From contig NZ_JHXR01000050.1 of the NCBI RefSeq assembly GCF_000621645.1, positions 1-6,004 on the forward strand: a stretch of DNA of 6,004 bases, read 5' to 3'. Both the position numbers and the translations under genes were made by a program. Of this stretch, positions 4,604-6,004 are shown one piece after another. How positions within the stretch are numbered: the first letter of the stretch is position 1; each line of letters opens with the position of its first letter. Below the pieces are notes generated by a model. That model did no database searches, was not told the DNA's origin, and saw only the letters and a list, made by a program, of their open reading frames with translations. Source of the stretch: Vibrio cholerae ATCC 14035 (GTDB lineage: Bacteria; Pseudomonadota; Gammaproteobacteria; Enterobacterales; Vibrionaceae).

Positions 4604-4686
4604 TCGGCAATTGAGCATTGTTTTTCGCTGCCTAATGAAACGGCAATGTGTCTGTCGCTGTAAATTTCAGTGTTATTGCCTCATTG
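4604..4686 (+). repeat. ~83-bp internal module, copy B2
   Basis: tcggcaattgagcattgtttttcgctgcctaatgaaacggcaatgtgtctgtcgctgtaaatttcagtgttattgcctcattg. It starts 167 nt after B1 starts. Confidence 0.8.
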
Positions 4687-4882
4687 AGTTGTCGCGCCCA
4701 TGCGTGGTGAGTTGGTTTATCGGAGAGGGTCTCCACATTGGCCTAGTTGCTAAATGAAAGCCTGCATTGGTCAGTTCATAGGTAAAAATTGAGCCAGTTC
4801 TAATTCAAGGAAACTCGGAGTTTGGCCAATGATTTCAGTTGGTTATCATTGATTTGATTAAATGTAAAGTGTTGAAGCTTAA

Positions 4883-5010
4883 GCATAACAAACGCCTCAA
4901 GAGGGACTGTCAACGCGTAGCGTTTCCAGTCCCATTGAGCCGCGGTGGTTACGGTTGTTGTGGTTGAGTTTAGTGTTATGCGTTGCCAGCCCCTTAGGCG
5001 GGCGTTAGGT
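4883..5010 (+). repeat. VCR-type attC
   Basis: TAACAAACGCC from 4886. R' core GTTAGGT at 5004-5010. Confidence 0.95.
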
Positions 5011-5042
5011 GAATGGTCAGTGGATTGAACAAGGACAGTTTT

Positions 5043-5438
5043 ATGAAATGGTTTTTAGCTTTTTGGCTCGTTCTCACAAGCTGTTTTTCGGTTAGCTTGT
5101 ATGCCAATGACGCCGTTTTACAACAAGCTTATCAATCGCAGCAAAGTGACTTGCAAGTTCAAGGACTTGGACAAGTAGTAAAAGTGTTGCCCGACGACAA
5201 TGATGGTTCGAGGCATCAAAAATTCATCTTAAAGCTCAATAGCGGACAAACATTGCTGGTTGCACATAACATCGACTTAGCACCAAGAATTCCGAACTTG
5301 AAAGTTGGCGATAGTGTTGAGTTTTATGGTGAATACGAATGGAACAAAAAGGGTGGGGTTCTTCACTGGACTCATAAAGATCCTCAAAATCGTCATGCTC
5401 ATGGTTGGTTAAAACACAATGAGCAGGTGTACGAGTAA
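5043..5438 (+). CDS. DUF3465-like exported protein, 131 aa
   Basis: ATG 5043 is preceded by AAGGA (5031-5035) with a 7-nt spacer; the tracked 5013 start adds 10 aa without an RBS. The N-terminal signal sequence is MKWFLAFWLVLTSCFSVSLYA. The mature part (VKVLPDDNDGSRHQKFILKLNSGQTLLVAHNIDLAPRIP...GDSVEFYGEYEWNKKGGVLHWTHKDP) matches the DUF3465 pattern as I recall it. Confidence 0.8.
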   Translation: MKWFLAFWLVLTSCFSVSLYANDAVLQQAYQSQQSDLQVQGLGQVVKVLPDDNDGSRHQKFILKLNSGQTLLVAHNIDLAPRIPNLKVGDSVEFYGEYEWNKKGGVLHWTHKDPQNRHAHGWLKHNEQVYE

Positions 5439-5442
5439 ATTC

Positions 5443-5571
5443 ACCTAACAAACGCCTCAAGCGGGACTGTCAACGCGCGGCGTTTCCAGTCCCATTGAGC
5501 CGCGGTGGTTTCGGTTGTTGTGTTTGAGTTTAGTGGTAATGCGTTGCCAGCCCCTTAGGCGGGCGTTATGT
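5443..5571 (+). repeat. VCR-type attC (variant with CAAGCGGG instead of CAAGAGGG)
   Basis: TAACAAACGCC from 5446. R' core GTTATGT at 5565-5571. C at 5462 where all other copies have A. Confidence 0.95.
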
Positions 5572-5603
5572 GTTTTTCTGGAAAACTTTCATAGCTCTGC
5601 GCT

Positions 5604-5609
5604 TATAAT
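5604..5609 (+). promoter_or_regulatory. Possible cassette-internal -10 box
   Basis: Perfect TATAAT at 5604-5609, ~19 nt upstream of the ATG at 5628. Only a weak -35 candidate (TGGAAA 5579-5584, 19-nt spacing). Confidence 0.3.
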
Positions 5610-5627
5610 TCAGACGTGAGGTGCACT

Positions 5628-5849
5628 ATGTCTGAAAATCAAAACGTTAAAAGAGCTGAACCGATTGAAACGTGTTCATATAAGAGTCCTTGTGTTCGTC
5701 ATTGTTGTTTAGATGACAAAGACATCTGCATAGGTTGTGGCAGGACTATTGACGAGATATGTCGTTGGAGTAGTGCAACAAATAGCGAAAAACAAGAAAT
5801 ATTAATCAATTGCTTAGCTAGAGTTCAGGGCCGAAATATATCGACATGA
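5628..5849 (+). CDS. DUF1289-like Cys-rich (putative Fe-S/metal-binding) small protein, 73 aa
   Basis: SPCVRHCCLDDKDICIGCGRTIDEICRW matches the SPC..C...C.GC.RT..EI..W signature of the DUF1289 (YdhL-like) family. ATG 5628 is preceded by GAGG (5618-5621); the tracked GTG 5616 start adds only 4 aa. Confidence 0.8.
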   Translation: MSENQNVKRAEPIETCSYKSPCVRHCCLDDKDICIGCGRTIDEICRWSSATNSEKQEILINCLARVQGRNIST

Positions 5850-5952
5850 AGCATCTTAGTCTTGTGTATATGATAGTTTTTTATCGAATGCTGTTTGGCA
5901 TAAATGCCTTTCGCTACCCCTTTAAATGGAAGGGTGGGCATCAGAAACACAC

Positions 5953-6004
5953 ACATAACAAACGCCTCAAGAGGGACTGTCAACGCGCGGCGTTTCCAGT
6001 CCCA
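5953..6004 (+). repeat. VCR-type attC, 5' part only (truncated by window end)
   Basis: TAACAAACGCCTCAAGAGGGACTGTCAACGCGCGGCGTTTCCAGTCCCA from 5956. Confidence 0.95.

Larger units (their letters stand above)
4374..4882 (+). other. ORF-less cassette body, copy B (paralog of 1577-2085)
   Basis: Collinear with 1577-2085. The only long ORF (4311-4757) starts inside the upstream VCR and reads the two internal modules in different frames. Confidence 0.7.
1..6004 (+). mobile_element. Segment of a chromosomal (super)integron gene-cassette array, VCR type (Vibrio cholerae or close relatives)
   Basis: Ten near-identical ~125-bp imperfect-palindrome repeats. Each starts with TAACAAAC (R'' inverse core) and ends with GTTA(T/G)NN (R' core). 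They are spaced 430-940 bp apart, and each interval holds at most one short operon on the + strand. This is the classical VCR/attC cassette organisation. Confidence 0.93.

Noticed and set aside
4311-4757. 148-aa ORF spanning a VCR and the second ORF-less cassette
   Set aside because: It starts inside the attC repeat. It translates the two copies of the internal module in different frames. The corresponding frame is closed in the paralogous cassette at 1571-2207.
5236-5460. 74-aa minus-strand ORF
   Set aside because: It is antisense to the DUF3465-like gene and begins inside the downstream attC. This is a shadow ORF.
1-6004. A regular repeat-spacer architecture that superficially resembles a CRISPR array
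   Set aside because: The repeats are ~125 bp imperfect palindromes with TAAC/GTTA cores (attC/VCR), not 24-48 bp. The 'spacers' are 430-940 bp and hold complete genes. There is no leader or cas context.

Overview
This window is an internal slice of a Vibrio cholerae-type chromosomal superintegron (sedentary chromosomal integron) cassette array. Ten copies of the ~125-bp VCR-class attC repeat (TAACAAACGCCTCAAGAGGGACTGTCAACGCG ... GCCAGCCCCTTAGGCGGGCGTTA) divide it into nine cassettes; the first and last copies are cut by the window edges. All cassettes are oriented on the + strand. (1) A Phd/YefM-type antitoxin plus RelE/ParE-type toxin, with its own extended -10 promoter and palindromic operator. 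(2) A solo HEPN-like protein (RNCIVH = Rx4H) followed by the only divergent attC in the window. (3) and (7) Two paralogous ORF-less cassettes, each carrying two copies of an ~82-bp module. (4) An orphan ~128-aa protein with no ATG start. (5) A 308-aa PD-(D/E)xK nuclease-like protein. (6) An MmcQ/YjbR-family protein. (8) A secreted DUF3465-like protein. (9) A Cys-rich DUF1289-like protein. I see no integrase, attI, tRNA, rRNA or CRISPR. The best candidates for something undescribed are the HEPN cassette, the PD-(D/E)xK cassette, the orphan cassette (possible single-gene defence or toxin cassettes), and the duplicated ORF-less cassettes (possible structured RNA or DNA element). All family assignments come from motif recognition by eye; no searches were run.
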